Below, in pieces: positions 13,481 through 25,527 of a DNA stretch of 64,000 nt. The translations under genes and the position numbers were made by a program. The stretch comes from Ginglymostoma cirratum (Eukaryota). The notes under the pieces were generated by a model. The model had not been told where the DNA came from. It searched no databases and saw only the letters and a list, made by a program, of their open reading frames with translations. The first letter of the stretch is position 1; every line of letters begins with the position of its first letter. The stretch lies in contig JAHRHZ010000095.1 in assembly GCA_024137785.1 (NCBI GenBank), positions 1,114,013 to 1,178,012 on the forward strand, read 5' to 3'.

Positions 13481-13629
13481 TCTTTCCATTTCCCAATAGC
13501 AGCTCATTGAATCAGCACAAAAATAACTCATTTGGTTCATTTGACTTGCATTGCCTTCATGAGAGGAAACTGTGCTATCATCAGGAAATGAGCATTTTTA
13601 AAAAGAATAATGGATGTGGCAATAACATG

Positions 13630-15922
13630 CCAAAATATTCAACATGGTGCTCAGTTAAGAGTGGTGTACCGCAAAGATCTGTTCTGGGTTCTCTTCTATT
13701 TCTGATTGTTGTAAATGATTTGGATGAAGGAGTGGAAGGGTGGATTAGCAAGTTCGCAGATGATATGAAGGTAGGTCGCATTGTGGACAGTGCGGAGGGC
13801 TGTTCTAATTCCTGTTACAATTCTTTGAAGAGGTAACAAGTAGTTTAGACCATGGAATCCCAGTGGATGTTATCTATCTAGACTTCCAACAGGACTTTGA
13901 TAAGGTGCCTCACGGGAGGCTGCTGAGTAAGGTGAGGGCCCATGGTGTTCGAGGTGAGTTACTGGCATGGATTGAGGATTGGCTGTCTGACAGAAGGCAG
14001 AGAGTTGGGATAAAAGGCTCTTTTTCGGAATGGCAACCGGTGACAAGTGGTGTCCCGCAGGGTTCAGTGTTGGGGCCGTAGCTGTTCACTTTATATATTA
14101 ATGATCTGGATGAAGGGACTGGGGGCATTCTGGTGAAGTTTGCCGATGATACAAAGTTGGGTGGACAGGCAGATAGTACGGAGGAGGTGGGGAGGCTGCA
14201 GAATGATTTCGACAGTTTAGGAGAGTGGTCCAGGAAATGGCTGATGAAATTCAACGTGAGCAAATGCGAGGTCTTGCACCTTGGAAAAAAGAATACAGGC
14301 ATGGACTATTTTCTGAACGTTGAGAAAATTCATAAAGCCGAAGTACAAAGGGATCTGGGAGTGCTAGTACAGGATTCTCTAAAGGTTAACTTGCAGGTTG
14401 AGTCCGTGATTAAGAAAGCGAATGCAATGTTGTCATTTATCTCAAGAGGATTGGAATATAAAAGCAGCGATGTGCTTCTGAGACTTTATAAAGCTCTAGT
14501 TAGGCCCCATTTAGAATACTGTGTCCAATTTTGGGCCCCACACCTCAGGAAGGACATACTGGCACTGGAGCGTGTCCAGCAGAGATTCACATGGATGATC
14601 CCCGGAATGGTAGGCCTAACATACAATGAACGGCTGAGGATCCTGGGATTGTATTCATTAGAGGTTAGAAGGTTGAGGGGAGATCTAATAGAAACTTACA
14701 AGATAATGCAGGGCTTAGAAAGGGCGGACGCTGGGAAGTTGTTTCCGTTAGGTGGGGATACTAGGACCCGTGGGCACAGCCTTAGAGTTAGAGGGGGTCA
14801 ATTTAGAACGGAAATGAGGAGACATTTCTTCAGCCAGAGAGTGGTGGGCCTGTGGAATTCATTGCCACGGGGGCGCAGTGGAGGCCGGGACGTTGAATGT
14901 CTTCAAGGCAGAGATTGATAAATTCTTGATCTCGCAAGGAATCAAGGGCTAAGGGGAGAGTGCAGGTACGTGGAGTTGAAATGCCCATCAGCCATGATTA
15001 AATGGCAGAGTGGACTCGATGGGCCGAATGGCCTTACTTCCACTCCTATGTCTTATGGTCTTATGGTCTTCTAGGTTACAAAGGAACATTGATAGGATGC
15101 AGAGCTGAGCTGAGAAGTGGCAAATGGAGTTTAACCCTGAAAAGTGTGAGGTGATTCATTTTGGAAGGACAAACTTGAAAGCAGAATACAGGGTTAATGG
15201 AAAGATTCTTGGCAGTGTGGAGGAGCAGAGGGATCTTGGGGTTCATGTTCACAGTTCCTTGAAAACTGCCACCCTGGCGGATAGAGTTGTTAAGAAGGCG
15301 TATGATGTGTTAGCTTTCATTACTAGAGGGATTGAGTTCCAGAGCTGTGAAGTTATGCTCCAGCTATACAAAAGCCTGGTTCAGCCACATCTGGAGTATT
15401 GTGTCCAGTTCTGGTCACCTCATTACAGGAAAGATGTGGAAGCGTTGGAAAAAGTGCAGAGGAGATTTACCAGGATATTGCCTGGAATGGAGGGACGGTC
15501 TTATGAGGAAAGGTTGAGGGAGATAGGGCCTTTCTCTTTAGAACGACGAAGGATGAGAGGTGACTTGATAGAGGTGTACAAAATGATCAGAGGTATAGAT
15601 AGAGTGGACAGCCAGAGACTTTTTCCTAGGGTGGAGGTAGCTATTACAAGGGGACATAGTTTTAAAGTGAGTGGAGGTAGATATAGGGGAGACATCAGAT
15701 ATAGGTTCTTTACTCAGAGAGTGGTCGGGGCGTTGAATGCATTGCCGGAGAGGGTAGTGGAGTCGGCCTCATTAGGGGCATTTAAGCGGCTATTAGATAG
15801 GCATATGGATGATAGTATAAGGTAGGGGTGGAGGTTAGATAGAATTTAGGATTAGGGTAAAAGTTCAGCACAACATAGTGGGCCGAAGGGCCTGTACTGT
15901 GCTGTACTGTTCTATGTTCTAT
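13630..15922 (+). mobile_element. Outer CR1 LINE (13630-13807 and 15069-15922) split by a nested CR1
   Basis: SGVPQRSVLG..KFADDMK..AEGCS continues after the insert as RLQRNIDRMQS*AEKWQMEFNPEKCEV (ORF 15124..15825); (TTCTATG)n tail. Confidence 0.92.
13808..15068 (+). mobile_element. Young inner CR1 LINE, 5'-truncated
   Basis: ORFs 13863..14081 (YLDFQQDFDKVPH..SGVPQGSVLGP) and 14133..14918 (KFADDTK..LVRPHLEYC); (TCTTATGG)n tail; TTCTA repeated at 13803-13807 and 15069-15073. Confidence 0.95.
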
Positions 15923-16009
15923 CTGCTCACCAGCATAAGATCAGCCAGGAATGTAAAGTTTAATTCCTGGTTTCTCATCACCACCAACTATTTTCTTAAA
16001 TCACCCTTA

Positions 16010-16930
16010 TCTGCTTTATTGACAAGGACAGCTAGCTCCCTCTGTACATTTACACATTACAACCTTGCACCATTTAAGAAATACTCTGCTCCTCGTTTAT
16101 CCACAAAAATGGAATACTTCACATTTGTAAATATGGCATTCCACCTGCCATGTTCTTGACTACTCACTAGCTTGTCTAAATCTTCATGAAGCCACATTTA
16201 ATTTTCCTCACAGCACATGTATTATTTGGAAACTTGGAACTATTACACTTGGTCCCCCACATCCAACTTATTGGCATATAATGTGAACAGCTGGAGTCAA
16301 ATACTGATCATTGTGATGTCTGCCAACACAAGAATGGCCAATTTCTTCATGCATTGCTTTCTGCCTGTTAGCCAATCCCTATTTTTTGCCAGTACACTAC
16401 TTCCTATCCTACGTACTTTGATTTTGCTAACCAAATGCCTGTAAGGGACCTTTATCAAAAGCCCTCTGAAAATCCAAGTATACTACATCCATCGGCTCCA
16501 GTTTATGGATTTGTTCATAATATTCTCAAAAAGCTCAAAAAGTTTGTCAAGCATGATTTTCCATTTGAAAATCTATTCTATGTCCAATCAGTTAACTATT
16601 TTCCAAGTATCCAGTTATCAGATCCTCTAGAGTAATTGCTAGCATCTTTCCTACAACTGATTAAGGCTAACAAGTTTGTAGTCCCTGTTTTCTCTCAAGC
16701 TCCCTTTTTAAATAGTGGAGTTACGTTTGTTAGCTTTGAATTTATAGAATTATTCCAAAATCTATAGATTTTAGGAAGATGATACTAATGCATTGACTAT
16801 AGCCATCCCCTTCAAGACTCTGGAAGGTATACTGTCAGGTCCAAGGGACTCATCAACTGTCAACCCCATTAATTTCTCCAATAGAAACTTCTTACTAATT
16901 TTCTTCAACTCCTCATTTTCCATGGTCCTA
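16010..16930 (-). mobile_element. Old degenerate CR1 LINE fragment
   Basis: LEKLMGLTVDESLGPDSIPSRVLK in ORF 16771..17205(-) resembles CR1 KSPGPD.HPRVLKE. Confidence 0.75.
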
Positions 16931-16989
16931 ATGCAGATTGCTCTGCATTGTTCTTCAACTAAATACCACCAGTACCTGTTGGGGGAGAG

Positions 16990-18100
16990 TCTTCTGCAGA
17001 GGCAGGCACAGCAGAGGCACCAGAAGCACAAAATACATTCAGGAACTAATGCCACAGTACACACTGGCACAACATCAGGTAAAATGCAGGTGTTGCACCA
17101 ATCAAGTAATGTTGGAGAAAAATAGGATGTTCCAGAGGGATGGTTACCAACATATGCCAGCAGCTCAATGAAGAGTTGCATTCTAAGGACTATAAGGAAT
17201 CCCATGCATGTGGCATGAAAGGTGACAGTGGCTCAATGCCTCTTTCATAGTGACCTCTTCTAGGGTTCTATTGAGGACTTGTGCAAGATTTCCCAGTCAC
17301 CTGTATAACAAGTGCATCTGAGAATTGCAACATGTTCTCTTCAGAAGACCGTGTGACTTTATAACATTTTGTGTGGACCCCGAATGCCAGGCAGCCACAG
17401 CACTAGGGATTGCTGCCATTGCAGCATTTCCACAATTGCAATTGGCTATGCATGTTTGGCTCTGACAGGTTCCTGGAAGTAGCCATCTGCATTTAATAAC
17501 AGGAAAGATTTTCATTTTATCAAGGAGCAGCTGATGGGTGATTACAGGAAACAGATAATTTAGGTTTATGCCTTCTGCTACAAGGGGGATCTCATGATAC
17601 CAACATTCTTGCCTCACTCACAATTGCCACAAGTGTTTGAGCCATCTCAACGAATTCAGGATTGGCATATTAGAGTCAGAGCATACCCACAAAATATCTG
17701 GATTATGCCAATTAGGAATGCACAGATTGTTTTTGAGGAGAGTACAATGCCACATAAAACTCAACAAGTGCCAAAACTGCGAAGCTGATACGTCTGATAA
17801 AATTATGGTTCTGATGCTTGGACTGCTCAGGTGTTTCTATATTCACCAGAGTGTCCAGGATCATTGCGGTCTGCTGGACCTCACTCAACAAATAGTTGAT
17901 ACATTTGTGGTGGGGGGGGCGCATGGAGAATGGAGGAACTAAACGTCTCCTCAGATGATGAGAAATGAGAAGACAATGATGATGATGGGCAAGATATTGC
18001 CAATGCAGCAGCAGAAGCCAGCCAATGATGTGATAAAGCAGATGGCCCCAGAACCATGTCATTATCATCAGACTTCAGGACGAGTTCAGGGATTGATCCA
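16990..18100 (+). mobile_element. PIF/Harbinger (HARBI1-like) transposase pseudogene
   Basis: NRKDFHFIKEQLMGD..SHDTNIL..SQLPQVFEP..RAYPQNIWIMPIRN resembles Harbinger NRKGFHSINVQLVCD..GSxHDxxIL..GDxGYP..WLMTP. Confidence 0.75.
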
Positions 18101-18529
18101 TAGTTTTACTTTGAGTGCTCTGATGGCTGAGAGGCTGGGCTGCTCTCTTGACATTGTTATCCATTTTCATTGATAAACTTTTCTGGTAACAACATCAATT
18201 CCTTTATATTAACTCAGTATTGGAGTCCTTTGGTTGTGCCAGTCTGGAACAAAATGTATTCAACTTCCTTGGAATGCTATGCTCCTCTATCATTTCTTCT
18301 TCAGAGCTAGCTGCTGCACTACAGTACCTGCTTTACAGTCTATACTCACATCATCTCTGGCAATTTGAGGGAGAAGTATTTTCACTCTTTGGTCGACGCA
18401 GTCCTGTATACATTGTCATACTGGAAACCACTTGCATTCTTAGGTCTTCACAGATTCAGTCTTGTCTCCCTGACACCTCCTGCCAATGGATGAAATGCCT
18501 TGCAATGAACTCTGTCAAACATTATTTAG

Positions 18530-19100
18530 AAAATAAGACCATAGAAATTAATAGCCAGAGTAGACCATTCAAGTCCCTGAGTCCTGCTCTGCTATTCAGA
18601 TGATGGGCCTTTGCCTTAATATAAATTTTGTCACGCTATTTTCATATTCCTTGATATTTTTGATTTGCTTAAATCTATTCAACTGTCTTTTGATTATACT
18701 CAATAACTAAAGCCCTCAGTTCCCTGGAGTTGAGATTTTCATCAATTCACCACCCTTCCTGAGAATATTTTGGTCCTCATTTCAGTCCTACAAAGTCTAC
18801 TTTGTATTCTGAGACTATTTTCTCCAGTTCTGGATCATCCACATAATAATAAACATCCTTCTTTAACCTACCCTTCAGAGCTTTCTAAGAGCTTTATGTA
18901 GTTCTTTGATGTGACCTCATGTTCTTCTAAGTTTTGCAGAATACAGGCATGGTATTGTCCGTCTTTCCTCATTGAACTGTACCGACATAGCTTCAAGTAA
19001 GCTTGCTAACATATGCTAAACTCTTTACATTGCAACCACATCCTTCCTTCAGTCAGGAGGCCACTACTGTGCAGAATGCTCTGAGGCACTGAACGCAAAG
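18530..19100 (-). mobile_element. Degenerate CR1 3' fragment
   Basis: ataagaccatagaa..gagtagaccattcaag start and attcaccaccct motif typical of reversed CR1 3' ends in this window. Confidence 0.6.
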
Positions 19101-19292
19101 CATTGCACATCTGCAGCAATACGTTGTACATTCAATTCCTCTTGAAGTAAGGTAGTTTGTTTTCCAGAGTTGTTGCTGCACCTGAACGTTGGCTCACTCT
19201 GATTTTTGACCAGGGTCATCCAGACCCTGACACTCAACAATACTTCACAATCCGTCACTATGAAAAGGTACTCCATATTTCTGGAAGTCCTA

Positions 19293-19506
19293 TAGGTAGT
19301 TCTCCTATAACACAATAGTTGCATTCTTGTGTGACCTTGTGCTATAGAAAACCGCTGTAGAAAATCACGTTATAGGGAAATTGTTATAGAAAATTGCTAT
19401 ACCTGTACAGCAGAAAGTTCACATTATCCAAACAGTGTCCATTATTCACCAACTGCATTACAGACAATTTGCGTTAACGAAACACGCATTTTAGCAGAAT
19501 TACCTG
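19293..19506. mobile_element. Tigger/pogo-like (Tc1/mariner) MITE
   Basis: Imperfect TIRs TAGGTAGTTCTCCTATAA and TTTTAGCAGAATTACCTG, flanked by TA at 19291-19292 and 19507-19508. Confidence 0.7.
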
Positions 19507-20675
19507 TACTTGTTTTGCCTGTCTACCTGCCTTTGAAGCCTCCTTGAGTTGCCAACATGACTCACAGCAGAACAGCACCAAGGCATGTAAAGAAACTGCT
19601 GCAGATGCATCTCAGACGGTATTCATGGAAGGATGGAGATTGATTAATTATGTGGGGATTAGAAACTGCTGGATTAAATATGACATTTCAGGGGACACAA
19701 GTTTCCAACTGATAGGCAAGGATCATTACCACACATGTCAGGAGACATAGAGCTGACTCAACTGATAATGAAAGGCCATGAGTAGTGTTTCCATTGATCC
19801 ACATCATCTGTGATGGATGGGATGTGAAATTCAGTACCAGGTCACAGGTTAATGATGGCTAGAGAGGGGATTCACAAGGTGTGGTTCACACATTGGGGGA
19901 GGTGGTTAGCTTCACTGATAGGGCATTTGTTCTCAGCAAGATACCCTTCCTGTTGCTGGTTCCTTCATCAGGACTGAGTGCCTTTGAATGGGGAACCATC
20001 CCACATCCCCTTAAATCTGTAAACAGATCCAACAATTTGCTTTTCAGGCTTCATGTATATTTGGAGGTATACAAGTATACTGTGACCTCTTACAAGTCAC
20101 AATCCATGAAATCAGTCAAACTTCAGAGTCACAAAAGAAATTGCAATAGACTACTGAAGAACACATTACAGAACTGAATATGAAAGAAGAATGGGATACT
20201 TCACTGGCTTCTAAATTTGTGGAGCTAAAATCAAAGCTCACTTCTCTGCTAAGACAAGAAAAGAGAAAGTTCAAGAAGAAAGCCTGAACAACCGGCTGAG
20301 GATAAATCTAAACTTAAGAGTACCACCTCTGAAATAATGCAGTATTTATGAGATAACTGCTCAGCTAACAAGGTTGAAATGAAGAGCTGATAGAGAAAGA
20401 AAGAAAGCAGGATATATGACAAGCTGTGTACTAAGCTAATTAAAAGATTGCCATTTTACAGGAAGATTTGGAGCAACCTATATGTAAAACAAATCAGGCT
20501 CAGCAAGAGCAGCTACAGAAACAGGAGCTTGAGCTCAAAGCAATGCTTGAAGCAGAAAGAAGTAAAGCTGGACATTGCAAGGAACTGCAAATCACTTTCC
20601 TTTCAGAAACCATGATGGTCTCATGAAAGAGTTCAAGCAAGACACCATGAAGCCAAACAATTACTGAAGTAGCAA

Positions 20676-23600
20676 TTTTTTTTTCTATTCATTTTGTGAG
20701 ATGTGGGTATCGCTGGCTGGCCAGCATTTCTTTCCCAGCCCAAGTTGCCCTTCAGAAGGTGGTGGTGAGCTACCTTCTTGAACTGCTGCAGTCCTCTCCA
20801 GCTATGGGTTGAACCACAATGCTACTGGGAAGGGAATTCCAGGATTTTGACCCAGCGACAGTGAAGGAACAGTGATATATTTCCAAGTCAGGATGGTGAG
20901 TGGCTTGGAGGGGAACTTGAAGGTGATGGTGTTCCCATATGTCTGATCCCTTGTCCTTCCAGATGGAAGTGGTCATGGGTTTGGAAGGTGCTGTCTGAGG
21001 ATCTTTGGCGAATTTCTGCAGTGCATCTGGCAGATAGTACACAATGCTGCTACTGAGCGTCGGTGGTGGAGGAGGTGCATGCTTGTGGATGTAGTGCTAT
21101 CAAGCGGGCTGCTTTGTCCTGGATGATGTCAAGCTTCTTAAGCGTTGTTGGGGCTGCACTCGTCCAGGCAAGTGGGGAGTATTCCATCACACTCCTGACT
21201 TGTGCCTTATAGAAGGTGGACAGGCTTTGAGGAGTCAGGAGGTGAGTTACTTGCCACAGTATTCCTAGCTTCTGGTTTGCTCTTGTAGCCACTGTGTTCA
21301 TATGGTGAGTCCAGTTGAGTTTCTGGTCAATGATAACATCCAGGATGTCGATTGTGGGGGATTCAGTGATGGTAACACCATTGAATGTCAAGGGGTGGTG
21401 GTTAGATTGTCTCTTATTGGTGATGGTCATAGCCTGGCATTTGGGTGGCGTGAATGTCACTTGCCACTTGTTAGCCCAAGCCTGGATATTGTCCAGATCT
21501 TGTTGCATGTGAACATGGACTGCTTCAGTAACTGAGGAGTCACGTATGGTGCTGAATATTGTGCAATCATTGGCAAATATCCCCACTTCTGACCTTATGA
21601 TAGAGGGAAGTCATTGATGAAGCAGCTGAAGATGTTTAGGCCTAGGACACTACCCTGAAGAACTCCTGTAGAGATGTCCTGGAGCTGCGATGATTGACCT
21701 CCAACAACCACGATCATCTTCCTATGTGTCAGGTATGACTCCAACCACCGGAGAGTTTGCCCCCTGATACCCATTGATTCCAATTTTGCTAGGGCTCCTT
21801 GATGCCACACTTGCTTGATATCAAGGGCTGTCTATCTCACCTCACCTCTGGAATTCAGCTCTTTTGTCCATGTTTGAACCAAGGCTGTAATAAGGTCAGG
21901 AGCTGAGTGGCCCTGGTGGAAGCCAAACTGGGCATCACTGACAGGTGCTGCTTGACAACACTGTTGGTGACACCTTCCATCACTTTACTCATGATGGAGA
22001 GGAGACTGATGAGATGGTAATTGGCTGGGTTGGATTTGTCCTGCTTTTTGTGTACAGGATATACTTGGGCAATTTTACACATTGTCGGGTAGATACCAGT
22101 GTTGTAACTGTACTGGAACAGCTTGCCAGGGAAGTGGCAAATTCTGGAGCACAAGTCTTCAGTACCATTGCTGTAATGTTGTCAGGGCCATAGCCTTTGC
22201 AGTATCCCGTGTCTCTAACCATTTCTTCATATCACATGGAGTGAATCGAATTGGCTGAAGACTGGTATCTATAATGTTGGGGACCACTGGAGGAGGCCAA
22301 GATGAATCATCCACTCGACACTTCTGGCTGAAGTTTGCTGAAAATACTTCAGCCCTATATTTTGCACTGATGTGCTGGGCTCTTCCATCATTGAGGATGG
22401 GGATATTTGTGGACCTTCCTCCTCCAGTGAGTTGTTTAATTGTCCAATACCATTCACAACTGGATGTGGCAGGACTGCAGAACTTACATCTGATCTGTTG
22501 GTTGTGGGATCGTTTAGCTCTGTCTATCACTTGCTGCTTTCGCTGTTTGGCGTGCAAGTAGTTCTGTTTGATGGCTTCTCCAGGTTGATACCTCATCTTC
22601 AGGTATGCCTGGTGCAGCTCCTGGTATGCCCTCCTGCACTCTCCATTGAACCAGGGTTGATCCCCTGGCTTGCTGGTAACGGTTGAGTGGGGATATGCTG
22701 GGCCATTCGGTTGTAGATTGTGCTGGAATGCAGTTCTGCTGCTGTTGATGGCCCATAGCGCCTCATGGATGCCCAGTCTTGTGTTGCTAGATCTGTGCGA
22801 AACCTGTCCCATTTAGCACGGTGATAGTGCCACATGACACAATGGAGGTTGTTCTCAATGTGAAGGTGGGACTTTGTCTCCACAAGGACTGTACGATGGC
22901 CACTCTTACCGATACTGTCATGGACAGATGCAACTGCAGCTGGCAGATTAGTAAGGATGAGGTCAAGTATGTATTTCCCTCTTGTTGGTTCCCTCACCGC
23001 CTGCCATAGACCCAGTCTAGCAGCTATGTCCTGTAGGACCCGGCCAGCTCAATCAGTAGTACTGGTGCTGAGCCACTTTTGGTGATGGACATTGAAATCC
23101 CCCATCCAGAGTACATTTTGTGCCTTTGCCATCCTCAGTTCTTCCTCTAAGTGTTGTTCAACATTGAGGAGTACTGACTCATCAGCAGAGGGAGGAATAT
23201 ATGTGGTAATCAGCAGGAGGTTTCCTTGCACATGTTTAACCTGAAGCCATGAGAATTCATGGGGTCTGGAGTCAATTTTGAGTACTCCTGGAGCAACACC
23301 TTCCCAACTGTACACCACTGTGCCGGCACCACTGCTGGGTCTGTCCTGCCAATGGCACAGGACATATCCAGGGATGATGATGGCGGTGTCTGGGACATTG
23401 TAAGATATGACTCTGTGAGGTATGACTGTGTCAGGCTGTTGTTTGACTAGTCTGTGAGTCAACTCTCCCAATTTTGGCACTAACCCCCAAATGTTAGTGA
23501 GGAGGACTTTGAAGGGTCAACAGGACTATTTCTACCGTTGTCTTTTCCGGTGCCTAGGTCGATGCTAGGTGATCCATCTGGTTTCATTTCTTTGAGACTG

Positions 23601-23947
23601 TCGAGTTTGGTACAACTGAATGGCTTTCTAAGCCATTTCGGAGGGGAGTTGAGAGTCAGCCACATTGCTGTTGGTCTGGAATCACATGTAGGCCCGACCA
23701 AGTGAGAGTGGTAGATTTCCTTCCCTGAAGCACATTAGTGAACCAGATGGGTTTTTCTGACAATCGGCAATGATTTCATGGTGATCAGTAGATACTTAAT
23801 TCCAGATTTTTTAGAAATCTCTTTTCTAATTATTGAATTCAAATTCCACCATCTGCCATGATGGGATTCGAACCTGGGTCCCCAGAACATTAGCTGGGGT
23901 TCTGGATTAATAGTCTAGCGGTAATCCCAATAGGCCATCGAGTACCC
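20676..23947 (-). mobile_element. Full-length CR1/L2-group LINE: tRNA-like 5' head, single APE-EN + RT ORF (disrupted), no ORF1
   Basis: EN: LLTNIWGLVPKLGEL..WMGDFNVHH..ILDLILTN..SGHRTV; RT: GPDNI, PANYHLISLLS, GVLQGSVLG, IFANDCT, QQDLDNIQAWANKW; A-rich tail; probable TSD CTGAAGTA at 20664-20671 and 23948-23955. Confidence 0.92.
23863..23937 (-). promoter_or_regulatory. Pol III type-2 internal promoter (A box and B box) at the LINE 5' end
   Basis: Minus strand A box TGGCCTATTGG (23937-23927) and B box GGTTCGAATCCC (23874-23863). Confidence 0.75.
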
Positions 23948-24599
23948 CTGAAGTACATAAGGATTTGACTTTCAATCATGCAAAAAGAAATAAAACTGAA
24001 AAGGCTGAAAAGTTATTAGAGTAAGTTATAAAGATGAAAATATAGTGGACCAAAAGAACACAAGAGCTTTGGTAGAATTGGAATAACCCTAAGCATAAAA
24101 GCAATAGCTTTAAAAAGAGCTGGAAGTTATTAAGAAACAAAACAGTAAAAGTCAAGCAGATTTGAACCATTCAACACAGCATAATTAACAAGATCGGTCA
24201 GGGGCTAATCAAAAGAAAAACCTGGCCGTAATGCATCAGGATAAGCAAATTCTAGGACAGTAAGTGCAGTCCACAAACACTTGATAACACAAACAGGAAT
24301 GATGTACAAAATCACAGGTGACTGCAGAAGTCAAAGTCACCAATGTGAGATCTGGATGTATCAGCAAATTATAAAGACTCATAGGCTCACCTGTTGTTGT
24401 AAATAGTTAACTTCCTTTGGAAAAGTGGTAATTGTTTTAGCTGTACTTTCCCTTTAAGAGAATTCACCTTTAAGGGCTCCGTGTGTGATGTGTATACAAT
24501 GTTGCAATTCTGCCTGGCTGTTAACCTGTTGTGGGCCTGCAAGCTACTGATACAAAAATCATGTGTTTTACTGATTTAAATAAACTAAGGTATCCTGTT

Positions 24600-24930
24600 C
24601 CATAGAATCCCTACAGTGGGGAAACAGGCCATTTGGCCCACTTTGACTCTCTGAAGAGCATCCTATAAGACTCAACCCCCTATCCTATCCCTGTAACGCT
24701 GCATATTCCATGGCTAACTCACCTAACCTATACACTATGGGACAATTTAGCATGGCCAATACACCTAACCTGCACATCTGTGGATTAAAGGAGGAAACTG
24801 GAGCACCTGGAGAAAACCCACAGAAATATGGGGAAACTCCACACAGACAGTTGCCTGAGGGTAGAATTAAACCCAGGTGCCTGGTGCTGTGAGGTAATAG
24901 TACTAACCATTGAGCCACCATGCCACCCCA
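24600..24930 (-). mobile_element. HE1-type tRNA-derived SINE
   Basis: Minus-strand head GGCATGGTGGCTCAATGGTTAGTACT..CCTGGGTTTAATTC; CR1-like tail ending GGGATTCTATG. Confidence 0.88.
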
Positions 24931-25527
24931 AATCAATTAATCGATATCCGATGAATAAAGGATCATTAAACCATTAATAGTAACAGGTCAACACCATACC
25001 AGATATGGCTCATGTCTGTGCATTTATGTAGTTCATCAGTCACTTCTTGTTCTGTGAAGATCCCAATTTAAAAGATGACCACCAGCAAAGATCTAGTTTC
25101 AAAAAGGATCATTATTACATAACTAATACTTAAAGTTACTAGTTAACAAAGTGCTACAGTTGTAAATCAGCACACGTTTTTGGAGGAGGTTTGTGATCGT
25201 GTAATGAACTTCAATGGAATTATATGCAATTGTTAACCTATTTCAGTACAGCAGTTGATTTGTCTTTATCTCCTCACTGTGTTGAAAACTTTTTTGTTTT
25301 GTTATTAGCATTTTCTTAATGTTCTGATTAAAATAGAACCTCACAGTCTGCCTTATGGCTATGCTATGCTAATTTTGATGAATCATTGATCCACAAGGTA
25401 ATGTCCATCATGCTGGAATTCCTTGTGGGTGGTCCTTCCAGTTTCCGGTTATCTTGGAAGGTTTCAATTCTCACATCCAAAAGGATCCATCACGTTAATT
25501 AAGGCTTAATCAAATTCTGAACAGATT

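Noticed and set aside
14133-15825. Longest ORFs (261 aa and 233 aa) as host genes
   Set aside because: Both are C-terminal parts of CR1 ORF2 in truncated elements.
23863-23945. Genuine tRNA gene
   Set aside because: A and B boxes are present, but there is no convincing cloverleaf or T-run terminator and it continues into the LINE.
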